The translations under genes were made by a program, and so were the position numbers. DNA of 63,989 nucleotides, counting the filler, from Catajapyx aquilonaris (lineage: Eukaryota), in NCBI GenBank assembly GCA_000934665.2. It is 3 parts of 3 records of this genome, joined end to end, with 100 filler letters (N's around TTAATTAATTAA, not from the genome) between each part and the next. Parts side by side here need not be neighbours in the genome. Positions count along the whole stretch, not along the records: positions 1 to 21,637 come from KZ539457.1; positions 21,738 to 43,322 come from KZ539458.1; 1 more part is not named here. One strand, given 5' to 3'. Shown here piece by piece: positions 12,101-22,801 of this stretch. The stretch's first letter is position 1, and each line of letters opens with the position of its first letter. The notes beneath the pieces were generated by a model, which had not been told where the DNA came from, did not search any database, and saw nothing but the letters and a program-made list of their open reading frames with translations.

Positions 12101-15100
12101 AGTAGTGGTGCCATGCCATGCCTTGGGACTATGAAAGTGAACTTTTTTTTTCTGTTGCAGGAGAGGTGAGTGGGAGTATGCCCACACCAGAAGACACCGT
12201 GTCTGGCATGGATGACTCTGTGGACATCTTCTTGGATAAGGACAACCAAGGAGATCAAGAAAGTAGGAATCAAGTAAACTTCCCATGAAGTGATCTGCAT
12301 TTTTTTAACGAACCAGATTCCCATGGATTCCTGATAAGGAACTAGAATTTGCGAGATGTGGGCCCGCAATAATAATTCTCAAGATGCCAACCTGTACAGG
12401 ACATTCAAATATAATCCAGAAGAACTTGTCCTCTTATGTACATATTCCCTGTTGAATGATAACAGTTAAAATATGAGACTCGAGCCATGCACACCCTTAA
12501 TTCGTCAGTATTCTATCTGCATTTATTTTTTACCTGATCACGAATCACTAGAGTCCGGATTTTTAGGCACGAAAAAACCTCAAATATCCACAAAAATTTT
12601 ACTCTTTCGGGAGTATGGCAGATAATGGTACACAACATAAAAAGCTAGAATAATTTTATAGGCCTAAAGTATAAATACAAGGTCACAAACCTTAGCAAAA
12701 ACCGAAAAACAATGATAAACTGACAGGAAATCACGGAACCTGGGCAAAAAACACTAACAAGGGAAGTGTCTGTAGGGCCATCGGCCAATCGGCTCGAAAA
12801 TGACACTAGGGGTAAATCGCAGGCCAGAAATTCATTGGTGAAAGTAAAAAGTTGCATTAGCCAATCGTTTTCGAGATATGGGCGACTTTAGGTGCCCGGC
12901 GAACCTGCTCGGTGACAATGGGGCGCATTCGGCAGAAGGAATTATAAACAGTCTTCGTGGCTCAGTCGGTAGCGCGTCCGCGTCATGATCCGAAGTCTCC
13001 GCGTTCAAGTCCGCGGGAAGCGACTTTTTTTTTTTCCCCCTCCCTCTCTCGTCTCGGAGCATCGTTTTCTTTTTCTTTCTTCCCCAACACCGTTTATCAC
13101 CGCATATCTTCCCTTTTGCAATCAACAGGAATAAATAAACAGCTTGCTGGGAAGTGCATTACTTTTTTTTTACTGAGCTTGTGTCTATTCATTTTTCCGG
13201 GGTCTGGTACGTAATACCGAAAGACATAACACAGACAGAATAAATTTCCGACAGCTTTATTACCGAAAATATACAGAGAACATATACCTTTCCACTTTTT
13301 TCCCGTCGGTATTTTATCCCGTTCCTATTTTTTACATAGGTATTAGACCCGGGACCAATTTTTCCGAATATGAAGCCATGGAGAGAGTAAGTAAGCATCG
13401 GCAGAAGAAGAAAAAAAAGTAACGCACTTCCCAGCAAGCTGTTTATTTATTCCTGTTGATTGCAAAAGGGAAGATATGCGGTGATAAACGGTGTTGGGGA
13501 AGAAAGAAAAAGAAAACGATGCTCCGAGACGAGAGAGGGAGGGGGGGAAAAAAATGTCTCTTCCCGCGGACTTGAACGCGGAGACTTCGGATCATGACGC
13601 GGACGCGCTACCGACTGAGCCACGAAGACTGTTGATAATTTCTTCTGCCGAATGCGCCCCATTGTCACCGAGCAGGTTTGCCGGGCACCTATAGTCGCCC
13701 ATATCTCGAAAACGCTTGGCTAATGCAACTTTTTACTTTCACCAATGAATTTCTGGCCTGCGATTTACCCCTAGTGTCATTTTCGGGCCGATTGGCCGAT
13801 GGCCCTACAGACACTTCCCTTGTAAGTGCAAGCAAGTATCACTTGCTCTGGATTCGATTACCGCTTATGGCCAGTTTCCACTTGCACAATATGTTGCCAA
13901 AATTTTTTCTAAATTTCCCTCTGTTTGGAACAGTTAGAGGAAAATTTAGAAAAAGTTTAGGCATACACGTCACGGAAACATGATTCGTATTACTTCTGTA
14001 CGATTTTGGACCTTTCAGGAGCACAAAATATTCCTTAGAAAAACCAAACATGCCTCCGAAGAAATAGGTCCGGAATAGGCCCAAAAAGTCCCGAAATTGC
14101 TTCAAAAGGTTTTAAAACTATCCCAAAAAGAGGCCAAATAGGAATGAAAAGTCGCAAAAAACCAGAATAGGCAAAATAGTTCCCAAAACCACTAAGTAGG
14201 CAATTTTAGGCACTATAAAACCTACATTTTCCACATCCTGCCCCTATGAAATGGATAGATCTCTTTGCAAAACCATCCCAACTGTTCAGGAACTAAATGA
14301 GCATTTGCCTAAAAATCCGGACTCTACTACTCTATATTGAAATTGGCGGATTAGAGCTCCTTCCTCAACCGAGTCCCTCTCTTGAAAGGGATTTATTTCT
14401 GTGGGATCCAATGGAATTAGATCATGATCAAACTATTTGATTGTGGCCCTTCATAAGTGAAACATCAACCAAATAGCTGCGTCAATGTTGATGTTGGCTT
14501 CAAACTGCTTCCAAATTTTATGTTCTTGTAAACAGGATCAGCTACAGGGATTTCCAACTTATGAACCATGTGCATTCCTGAGAACGTATATAGGTCAGAT
14601 TTGTACGTAACTTGTACTCCTGATGAACAGTGCATATACAGTAATAATAATAATAATACCTACTAACATAAAATGCTGTGCCAACAAACCACTTATGCCA
14701 TGCTGGTTTGTTTACATATGTGAAAGAAAGTAGTTACCAAATTATCTATACTATACTAGAGATAATTACTATATTCTTCACGGCCTCGATCCCTTTAAGG
14801 GGTGGCCAGCGATAGCCAGATACATGCATCTGGCCATCTCGTTTGACCTATACAATGAACCCTCTTGTGACTGGTCAGGCCACGCAAAGGGCATAATGGA
14901 TGAGGTGATGATGAAATAGATGACATGATTACACACACACATTCCGACCTGTCTTCAATAAGGTGTGGGGACGTGGAAACTGAACTTTTCGTAGCGAGTG
15001 TAAACTAACCTACCCTACCCTACCCTAACTAACCTAGGCTGAGAGAAATGGACTTTTGTGAAACCCTGCAAAACGAAATAGTGGGGACATGTCCCCACTG

Positions 15101-18100
15101 TCCACTGTAACGGTGATATTCTCGTGGGTCAAGCTGTGGGGACCGAAAATGTCCCCACAATTGGGTCAACGTCCCCAGAGTTACAGTAACACACCTGTTT
15201 CCGTCCCCAGACCTTATTGAAGACAAGACCAGTCACCCACCCACTCAATGTAAAAAAAAACATTTACAATAAAAACTTAGACAAATCCCCAGTCAGCAGC
15301 AAAATGATGTGTTCCAAGGGCCACTGTCAACAACCAGATCACCAGGGGTACGCTGTCTCACCCAGGGGTGCTTGATACTGGTTACCAAATTATCAATTTA
15401 ATTAATTTATGTTCCTGGGTGTCCGGTTGTTTATATCATTCGAACACCATTTTCTGTGACGGGCAGTCATTATGTCTGCCAGCTATTTAAGTGACTATTT
15501 ATTAATGAATTTTTAATCTTGGTGTATGTGTGTAGTGTATGTTGTATTGTTCATGTCATCAATTTCATCATTATCAAACTCATCTTAACCTTTTGACGAC
15601 GGAGTTTTTGAGCCATTGCCTTACCCCAGGGCCTGAGTTCTTTTTCCGGAAGATGAAGAGTGATATTAATGAATAATAATCCGCGGACTGCCCGGATTAC
15701 CTGTAGTTACCTCATCAAAATGACCCTGTGACCCATTTGGGGGGGGGAGGNGGGGGGGGGGGGGAGGGAGGGGGGCAAAGGTAAAATTCCGCCCCCACCG
15801 ATTTCTTGAAATTCGGGGCATTGACATATGCCCCCCTCCAATATGGGTCACAGTCATTTTGAGCAGGTAACTATAGGTGCGTTTTTCATCCCTTGAGGTG
15901 GGCTACCAATCCACTGTATTTCAAGAGAATCGGTGATGTCGGAATTTTACGAGTTGACATCTGCCCCCCTCAAAAATGGGTCACGGGGTCATTTTGAGCA
16001 GGTCACTTAGGTGCGTCTTTCATCCCTTGGGGTGGGCTACCAATGCACCGAATTTCCAGAAAATCTGTGTGGTTGGAATTTTACGAGTTGGAAAATGTCC
16101 CAAGTTGTCAGGGCAAATCTCAAGACATCATATTATGTCCGTAGGCCCTGCAGGAAAGTATGCTCGCACATCTTATGATGTCCGTAGTTGTCAAAGGGTT
16201 AATATCCTCTGCATGTACTATGACCAGCAAAAAGATTGGCATACCTTCTTTTGTTTTTCTGTGTTTATGAGTTGGCTATCCTGGCGCTGCCCCATTACCG
16301 GGGTTGTTTATTTTGCGATATTTGGGAATCCACAACACCGTGATCACTGGTCACGGTCCCATGGCCAAAGGGTAACCAAGGGTTGTTTGCTTAGATAGAG
16401 CAAGTGACGTACGAGTTAATTAAGGATTTGTAATCAGTGGGGATCACTTCTCCCTATACCTATTACTATATTATCCATTTGGTCAGACGTGGACGATACC
16501 TTGTTGCCAAACGCCCGATGGATGTCCACATGAAGCACTTTTTTTTCGGTTTTGCAATATATGAAGCACGTGTGATGCCATGTTAGCGAGAGGCATGCAC
16601 ATATCTGGTAATGTGCTAGTCGCTAGTGTGTGTGTGTTTTTAAAAATAAGACAGTGGTTTTTGCGTATGTGCTGTCTCTATTATTTGGGACTCCTATCGT
16701 CACTGAATGCCACTATAGTTTGACGTTGGTGGTGGTGGTGGTGGTGGTGGTGGTGGTGGTGCCTGAACTGGTTAACCGTTAACGCTATGGAGGAGGTCAT
16801 GACATGTCCCATGTCCTAGAAAACAATGCATTCATATGAAGACTTGAATTGCGAAAGGTCCCAAGTGCATTTTTTCTGCCAATTTGCTTTTTTGTTGCCA
16901 AGTTGTTCTATAGCAAAGGAATCCTCTGGCCCGAATGCAAAATCATCCCAAGACCGAAAGAAAGCACATAATTTTGGCTATCCTTGGTTCTTGCTGCATG
17001 GAATATAGTCCCATGTCCATGGACATGTGATGTTTTTCAGTGCAGGAAGGCAGGTTTAGTATACTGTACACCACTATTTTCCAACAAGTGGGCACAGTTT
17101 GTTTACCTTGCAATTCACTGTTTGCCAAAATAGAGAAGATCAGAAGGAGGGAGGTTGTATGATTTTTTGTCTCTCCTGAAAAGTTAATCATTCCTGAACT
17201 TGGGACCTTTTGCAATTCAGGTCTTCAAATGGTGTAAATCAGGACATGTGGTGTTACGCATTTGGTGTCCTTCTTCACGGTTGCGTTGATTCGTAAATCA
17301 TTGTACAATTCCCATTGGCCGTCAAAGCGACGGCAGCTAGTTCACCATATGTGTTCTAAGGGTGTGGGAATTGTACGATGATTTATTACGAATCAACGCA
17401 ACGGTGAAGAAGGACTTTAAAAATCTGTCCAATTACTGGCGGACGCGATTATATAACTGCGATAGGCACGTAGAACATTACAGAATATTATGCTCCATTT
17501 AATTTACGAAGCCAAATTGAGGACTTTCTGCATGACTATGAGTTGTTCCAATAATAGGTTTTGCTTAGCGATTATTTCCGAAAGTATTGTACATATGGGG
17601 AAATCTTTATCGCCATCAGTTAGAGGACATTATTCTGCATATGTGAGCCTAATATGGTCTTCCTCATGCACTCCACACATGCACAGGAGTAAGGGGAAGA
17701 AAGTGACTTTTTCGCCGAGTGTGCCCACTCCATAAGCACTTGAGTCAAAGGATGTGGATGAAAGATGAAGTGAAGGCGGTTATCCACGAGTTTCATATCA
17801 TCGTCCAGACAACTGTATCTACAGTCACCCACAGGAAATTGTTCGATGATGGTGTGACAGTGTGACAGGGAGCAGAAGCCTGGAAAGCCCTCGACGTCCA
17901 CGACAAAGGTGAACGTCAAATGTGTGGATGCCGTGATTCCCATGGATACAGTAGTCTGGACAAGTCGCTTTCTTCCGCTTACTACTGCACATACACGGAG
18001 TGCAAGAGGAAGACCAAATTTGTCTCACCTGTGGAGAATAATGTCCTCTAAATAATGACGTGGTAAAAATTTCCCATATGGTCAATGCTTTCAGAAATAA

Positions 18101-20405
18101 TCGCTACACAAAGCTTATTTTCAGAACAACCCTCATAAAATGCAGAATCATTAGTCACAATTGTGTGATTTCAAGGTACGAGGGTTGGGAGTGTGAAGAC
18201 TGCATTATAGCTTATGGGGCAAAAAAAAAAAAATCCGAACATATTTCAAGGTGACTAATAATATTTTTCTGGCAGGAAACTGCCTTGACCACTAGACACT
18301 GCACTGGTTGGAATTCAGAAAGATGGTCCAAATGGCGTTTAAATGTGCATGTAACTAGTTGTGTTTTGAACGGTTCTAACTAAGACTCCATCACAAGCCT
18401 TGGAACAAGTCCGACTAGAAAATCAAAAAAATTCAAATCATCATGGTGCATGTGCTTATGGACTCTGAGTGAACCCCTCTTTCATACTTCCCCGTCACCC
18501 CTCATGACTTCAAGCCTTCAGCCAGACCTGGCCCTCACTGTTTAAATATGGCATCACAGCATTGAGCACTACTAGGCACATGGTTGGCTAGGAATGATTT
18601 TTTGTTTGTTTTGGTTTTTGTTTTTGTAATACCCTGTGATAGGGCCTTGGGCCCTTTTAGGNNNNNNNNNNNNGGGGGGGAAGAGCAGTTCCCAAGGGAG
18701 GATGCTCTTAATTTGTTTCTGGTAATTTCAGAGCCTCTTAAATACCAGACCTTTTCTCTTGACCGTGGGCAGAGAAGGGAGTGTAAGTCTGCCTGGACAT
18801 GTCAGGTGAAAAGCAGAAAAACACCAGACCAGGCGAAGGATTTGAACCCCCTGGCCAGTAGCATAGCCACTAGACCACCATTCTCCCCTATGAAAATAGT
18901 ATAGTTTGTCCCCTTGCCTTCAATGTGAAGCCTCTGCTGTAAAAGTGCAAAGTGGCCAGTACCTGGGGGTGCAGCCCAGGTTGACATGGATCACTTTTGT
19001 TGTGATAATACTTAAATAGTTAGTTCTTCTGCCACTGATGGTGCAATTTTTCCCACAAAACAATCTCCTTGAATTGTGGAGTGGAAAAATTTGCGTGTAA
19101 ATGGCGCCAAAAATGACTTGAGGCAGCATATTTAGATTTAAACCACTTTCTGAATTGCGCCTGATGTGTCAAGGCAGGTGCCGGCCACTTCCCCCCCTTT
19201 TTTTGTGTGTGTGCACCTTAGCTGATCTCCCCCACCAAGGGGGGTTTCGACGCCGGCGCTGCAGTCCCGGACTCCAAGATGGTGGCGCCTCACCTAGCGG
19301 ACAATTCTGAACCATTTTGCTCAACTCCGATTGGCTGGAGTAGTTAAGGAGTCATATACTACTCCAGACAATCGGAGTCGACCAAAATGGTTCAGAATAG
19401 CCCACTAGGTAAGGCGCCACCATCTTGGAGTCCGAGATTGCTGTGTCGGCGTGACAACCCCCCCTCGGTGGGGGAGATCAGCTAAGGTGCACAAGGGGAG
19501 CAATGTGTAAGGCAGAGGTTCCCAAACTGTGCTCCGCGAAGAGGTTGGGGGGGAAAAAAGGAATTCTTCAATAAGCTATACCCATTCAAATATCTCAGTA
19601 GCTTGTGTGACCTTGAACCCAAAAATTTTTCGCCTGCGCCGCCCTTTCACCCCTCACCTTCCCATTTACTAATTTGGCGTTGCCCCCCCTCCGCCCTAGA
19701 ATTTTTTTTCTGCCTATGCGGCTTGATGTTAGTGCTCCGTCACGAATATCTCTCCTGAAAAGTGCTCCCCGACTCAAAAAGTTTGGGAACCTCTGGTGTA
19801 AGGTATACAAGTGACTGGGGGGTGTGTCAAGGACTACATTACGTATTCCTAACTCAATCTCAATTTGTAATTTTTTTTAGGGTTTCCAAAACCAAGCGAC
19901 AGTGAATGATGATTTCTTGGTTGTTTACCCAACAGGCCAAGTGGAGGAGAGCCACACAGGGGGTGCCGAAGTAGCAGTGGCTTCCGGAGGGGAAGCTGAG
20001 TCGGGTTCAGCAGAAGCAGAAGCAGCTAGTGAATACAGCAGCACCACAGCCACATCAGTTGCTCTCAGTCACGACCCATCAGCTCCACAGCCATCTACTG
20101 CTACCTCTACATCTCTGCCGTCATCCTCTTCCTCTCAAACTCAGTCACCTAGGAAACCAACCCACACAACCACCACCCCAGCCTCTTCCACAGGCTCATC
20201 TAGGCCAGCTGCACCAGCACCCTTTCGCAGAGGCACTGGAGGCCGTGGAGTAATGACTCAGGGTCGTTACTTCAGCCGCACTGGACCTCGTGGGCGGATG
20301 TCTGGGCGTCCAACTCCAATAGTATGGAATGAGCCAGCAGGTTTTGGGGCTGGTGCTGCTACTTCCACCTCATCGACATCATCTTCATCTGCTGTCTCCT
20401 CATCA
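2987..20405 (+). CDS. Tpr: Nucleoprotein TPR / Megator, C-terminal exons (partial multi-exon gene)
   Basis: Phase-compatible GT-AG exons at 2987-3158 ([44 protein letters not shown]), 10009-10125 ([39 protein letters not shown]), 10187-10432, probably 12161-12262, and 19936-20405 (GTGAGT donor at 20406; alternatively read-through to the stop at 20426). The VPSTPTL..P.R.DGFAEA..SPQV and [11 protein letters not shown] motifs match the conserved acidic tail of TPR/Mtor. Confidence 0.88.
3251..3812. mobile_element. TA-flanked MITE (Tc1/mariner-like), TIR CCGTATTTAC.CGCATATAAGACGCAC
   Basis: TA|ccgtatttactcgcatataagacgcac ... gtgcgtcttatatgcgcgtaaatacgg|TA, with internal gtgcgtcttata repeats. Confidence 0.8.
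4093..4271. mobile_element. Palindromic MITE (Harbinger-like)
   Basis: ccgattgcaccaacggaaattac ... gtaatttcgttggtgcaatcgg. Confidence 0.7.
4577..5456. mobile_element. Non-autonomous DNA transposon with CCC..GGG termini and GC-rich subterminal repeats
   Basis: cccttaccgaaattt ... aaatttcggtaaggg; internal inverted and direct copies of gacctcgtcatgacgagctagccgctacttggcgcc. Confidence 0.7.
5544..5752. mobile_element. hAT (Charlie-like) MITE
   Basis: TIR caggggttcc.aacc / ggttgggaacccctg with perfect 8-bp TSD GTCTATGA. Confidence 0.9.
6294..6592 (+). mobile_element. tRNA-derived SINE, family 1
   Basis: A box (tggccgagatgg), B box (ggttcgatcc), shared body (ggcaacctaacctcc..gcacttg) and AAAT tail; paralogs at 26316 and 28211. 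Confidence 0.8.
7950..8374. mobile_element. TIR MITE; collapsed palindromic relative at 8727-8798
   Basis: gtcacttgccaaagggcccaagtcc ... ggacttgggccctttggcaactgac. Confidence 0.65.
9188..9881. mobile_element. Foldback element with ~300-bp near-identical inverted arms
   Basis: acttacaagggaatggtcagggtcgaccacctcc ... ggaggtggtcgaccctgaccgttcccttgttagt; mirror ORFs 9225(+) and 9503(-). Confidence 0.85.
10009..10432 (+). CDS. Tpr: Two TPR exons (10009-10125 and 10187-10432) separated by a 61-nt intron
   Basis: ttgcag/gtacgt and ctgtag/gtaaga splice sites, all phase 1; [11 protein letters not shown] motif; overlaps ORFs 9945..10190 and 10261..10455. Confidence 0.88.
10655..11722. mobile_element. 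TA-flanked foldback element with ~350-bp arms, right TIR interrupted by a nested MITE
   Basis: TA|cttgccctaagtcataattatttggcc ... ggccaaataattatgactta[insert]gggcaag|TA; partial relative at ~21110-21225. Confidence 0.85.
11588..11712. mobile_element. PIF/Harbinger (Tourist-like) MITE
   Basis: gggccggtttcaccgagct ... agctcggtgaaaccggccc with TTA TSD (11585-11587 and 11713-11715). Confidence 0.85.
12161..12262 (+). CDS. Tpr: Probable TPR exon ([34 protein letters not shown])
   Basis: Strong polypyrimidine acceptor (tttttttttctgttgcag); open acidic frame in phase 1 at both ends, compatible with flanking exons; donor gtagga is weaker. Confidence 0.6.
12549..14326. mobile_element. DNA transposon relic (hAT-like TAG termini) hosting the 12752-13827 foldback
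   Basis: Perfect 20-bp TIR tagagtccggatttttaggc / gcctaaaaatccggactcta; TSD not evident. Confidence 0.65.
12752..13827. mobile_element. Foldback element with ~420-bp arms, each carrying a tRNA-like Pol III cassette
   Basis: actaacaagggaagtgtctgtagggcc ... ggccctacagacacttcccttgtaagt; same terminal motif as the 9188 element. Confidence 0.85.
14950..15226. mobile_element. MITE with internal (CCCTA/CCTAA)n tract; second copy at ~20545-20770
   Basis: gtcttcaataagg ... ccttattgaagac; ctaccctaccctaactaacctaggctgaga shared with ~20620-20655. Confidence 0.65.
15589..16198. mobile_element. piggyBac-like non-autonomous element
   Basis: TTAA|ccttttgacgac ... gttgtcaaaggg|TTAA; internal ~125-bp tandem duplication. 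Confidence 0.8.
16838..17226. mobile_element. TIR MITE
   Basis: gaagacttgaattgcgaaaggtcccaagt ... acttgggaccttttgcaattcaggtcttc. Confidence 0.7.
17266..17416. mobile_element. Palindromic MITE
   Basis: gtccttcttcacggttgcgttgattcgtaa ... ttacgaatcaacgcaacggtgaagaaggac. Confidence 0.75.
17525..18147. repeat. Diverged ~620-nt inverted repeat in a TPR intron
   Basis: tagcgattatttccgaaag..tagaggacattattct..ggtcttcctc pairs with gaggaagacc..agaataatgtcctcta..ctttcagaaataatcgcta. Confidence 0.75.
18680..18890 (-). mobile_element. tRNA-derived SINE, family 2 (degraded)
   Basis: Shares ttcccaagggagg, ccagaccttttct and gggcagagaagggagtg with the copies at 43495 and 51899. Confidence 0.7.
19210..19493. 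mobile_element. Palindromic MITE
   Basis: tgtgcaccttagctgatctcccccacc ... ggtgggggagatcagctaaggtgcaca; complementary throughout. Confidence 0.8.
19513..19795. mobile_element. hAT (Charlie-like) MITE
   Basis: TIR cagaggttcccaaact / agtttgggaacctctg with perfect 8-bp TSD GTGTAAGG. Confidence 0.9.
19936..20405 (+). CDS. Tpr: TPR S/T/R/G-rich tail exon
   Basis: ORF 19902..20426; acceptor aacag at 19935 in phase 1; low-complexity tail with [13 protein letters not shown]; candidate donor gtgagt at 20406. Confidence 0.72.
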
Positions 20406-21555
20406 GTGAGTTCACTATTTAGATGACATTGCCTAACAATCAATCCTTGTTAGGGTTGCTGCATTGCAGTTCTGCATTTTAAGAAAATGTACTGCATTTG
20501 CCCATAGCAATGTGTGCAGCCTGCAAACACACATGTTTGCACGCCATTTGCTGTGGGGACATGGCTAACACAACTTTTGAAACCTAGTTAGTCCTAACCT
20601 AACCTAACCTATCCTATCCTACCCTACCCTACCCTAACTAACCTAGGCTGAGATAAATGGTTTTTAAAGAGACCCAATTGTGGGGACCGGAAATGTCCCC
20701 ACAATTTGAAAATGTCCCCACAGTTACAGTTAAAACTCCCATTTCCGTCACCAGAGCTAATTGAAGACCCGTACACATGCCTGCACATAGCTCTTCCCAC
20801 CTCTTCACCTGTTATCTTCCATTGAAAGTGGACTTGAAGTTTAACTTATCAAATATTTACATTTAAAAAATCCCTTGGTGATTTGGAGCCAGGTGATCTG
20901 AAAACCAATTCGTTTGTGAGATGTTCAAAATTCAGTAATCCCTTTTGGACTTCAGAGTGGGTCATTTTTATGATTGTCACGGCAGTTTGCGCCAGTGAAA
21001 AGGGTCAAGATTATTCGTGGAAAGGTACACAATAGTGTGAAGAAGAGCGAAAGCTAGAATTACAAATGAGTGACAATATCTCACGCACCTTACCCAAATC
21101 CCTACTACTATGCACCCCCCAAAATAGTGGAGGGGTGGGGTAGTAAACAACATGTGATAAAAAATCTCCATTAAGATTATCTGGACTTGAGAATTGATAA
21201 TTATTAATTGTACTTGCCCAAACCCAGAATAATTCGCTCACCCTGATATTTCCCAGTTGAGAATATGGAAATGACGAAATATAAATTAATTGCACATAAA
21301 TAGGGTGTCATGAAGGTCGCCTACGTATAGAGTGGCATCTTGCCCACACGATGGCACAAAAATGCCTCCTCCAGCGCACATATGACCAAGGTCACAGAGG
21401 TTTAAAAATGCGCGATGGGAGTCAGAAGTGTTCGCTCACAGCGCGCGCTGCATCAAATGAATTCGCTCAGGTACAATGACTCGATGCTCTGGCAAGTTCC
21501 TTTCGAGATAGCAGGCATCATTTCATGCTCGAACTCTGCCCTGGAAGGTTTGACC

Positions 21556-21637
21556 ATGGTACGTGGAAGACCTCTCCAAAAGGACTTGCGAGTAGCCATA
21601 CTGACAGCCCACAACGCGGGAAGGTCCGGCCGTGACA
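21556..21637 (+). mobile_element. Start of a Tc1-like transposase, cut by the contig end
   Basis: MVRGRPLQKDLRVAILTAHNAGRSGRD resembles the N-terminal HTH of Tc1/Tc3 transposases. Confidence 0.5.
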
Positions 21638-21737
21638 NNNNNNNNNNNNNNNNNNNNNNNNNNNNNNNNNNNNNNNNNNNNTTAATTAATTAANNNNNNN
21701 NNNNNNNNNNNNNNNNNNNNNNNNNNNNNNNNNNNNN
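21638..21737. other. Artificial contig linker N44-TTAATTAATTAA-N44
   Basis: Exactly 100 nt, with stop codons in all six frames; identical to the linker at 43323. Confidence 0.97.
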
Positions 21738-22100
21738 GCCTGCTCAGCAATCCTGTCAATGGACAAGCGCCTTGTCGACCACTGTGGAAATGGCGTACCC
21801 AGTCCTTCACTGTCGAGTACGCCACGCAAGTGTCTCCATACACAGCCCTCATGCGTGTATGAATCTCCTTCGGTCCCGCTCCCTCTGCACACAGGAACTG
21901 AATTACTGCCCGTTCATCCGCCTTGGACGCGCCTGATATGGTGAACGACATTTTTCAACTGTGTACCGCAGCTATTACGCAGCACACCGAGTTCACTCTT
22001 GGCCAGATTGGTGACTGCTAAGGTACCTCACAGCCTACCACAGCAGCACCTGTCTCCGTGTCACCTGCTAGGCCGGCCGGGACGGGAACTTATTGACTAT
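21738..22100 (-). mobile_element. mariner (Mos1/Hsmar-like) 5' end with transposase N-terminal HTH
   Basis: ERAVIQFLCAEGAGPKEIHTRMRAVYGDTCVAYSTVKDWVRHFHSGR is a typical mariner HTH; TIR-like agtcaataagttcccg lies upstream. Confidence 0.8.
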
Positions 22101-22532
22101 ACTAATACTATGCCATTTTATATTAGTGTAGTCACAGACCTTGTCCAATGTCTCACTATGAGGGTTTCTAAGCTTGGATTTTCTGACTTCATTTCAGCTG
22201 CTAAAATATCCATCCGATAGGCAAACATTCATTTACTTCGAAAGTGTGCACCCCCAAGCTGACACTGTGCTGTAATTTTGGCACATAGCCGAACCACTGC
22301 TATCTTGTCCCATTACGAGGAAGGATCAGCAGTTATTTTGTAATGCAACTATTAACCTAATACAGGCAACCACTGACTATGTAGCCTCAACTTACATAGA
22401 TTTGAACTGGATGAGCTTACTACACACTGCAGTTGTGTATGTGTATTTTCTTAAGTATGGCAGATTTCAAAATTAGATTCACATGATTAGCCCAAATTTA
22501 ACTGGTGTTCTGAGATTGCGTTGCCAGTTTAC

Positions 22533-22801
22533 CTTGTTTCTTTCCTTTTCCACAGTGGCTTCAAACTCTCTCTCCCCATGTTTGACAAGGTAATTTTTCA
22601 TCCCTGACATGAATTGTCGCACGTTCCTCATAACAATTTGTGGGTTGGTCTCCTTGCTCTCTCTGGTGCATTGGATGAAGTTGTCCACGTTCTGTGCAAA
22701 GGTAGTGCTCTTGTCATCAGCCAGGTGGAACACGTAAGTGCGGATGGCAACACCTGTTTTCCACATCTCCCGGCTCTTGAATGACTGAAGACGGACAGGT
22801 G
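22533..22801 (-). CDS. spri: sprint/RIN exon, RIN-homology region preceding VPS9
   Basis: ORF 22479..22832; ttttcag acceptor and AAG|gtaaac donor; RQFMSGMKNYL motif. Confidence 0.9.

Noticed and set aside
12951..13023. Functional tRNA-Met(CAT) gene
   Set aside because: The anticodon stem cannot pair, and the sequence is mirrored within a transposon arm.
12645..13983. Paired ORFs [13 protein letters not shown]... and [13 protein letters not shown]...
   Set aside because: Same cause: palindromic TE arms and a tRNA-like cassette, not genes.
20580..20645. (CCTAA)n-like tract suggesting arthropod telomeric repeat
   Set aside because: Short, mixed CCTAA/CCCTA tract embedded in a dispersed repeat also present at ~15000.
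20426..22533. Convergent TPR-sprint gene pair
   Set aside because: The genes are separated by an artificial linker and sprint is truncated there, so linkage is unsupported.
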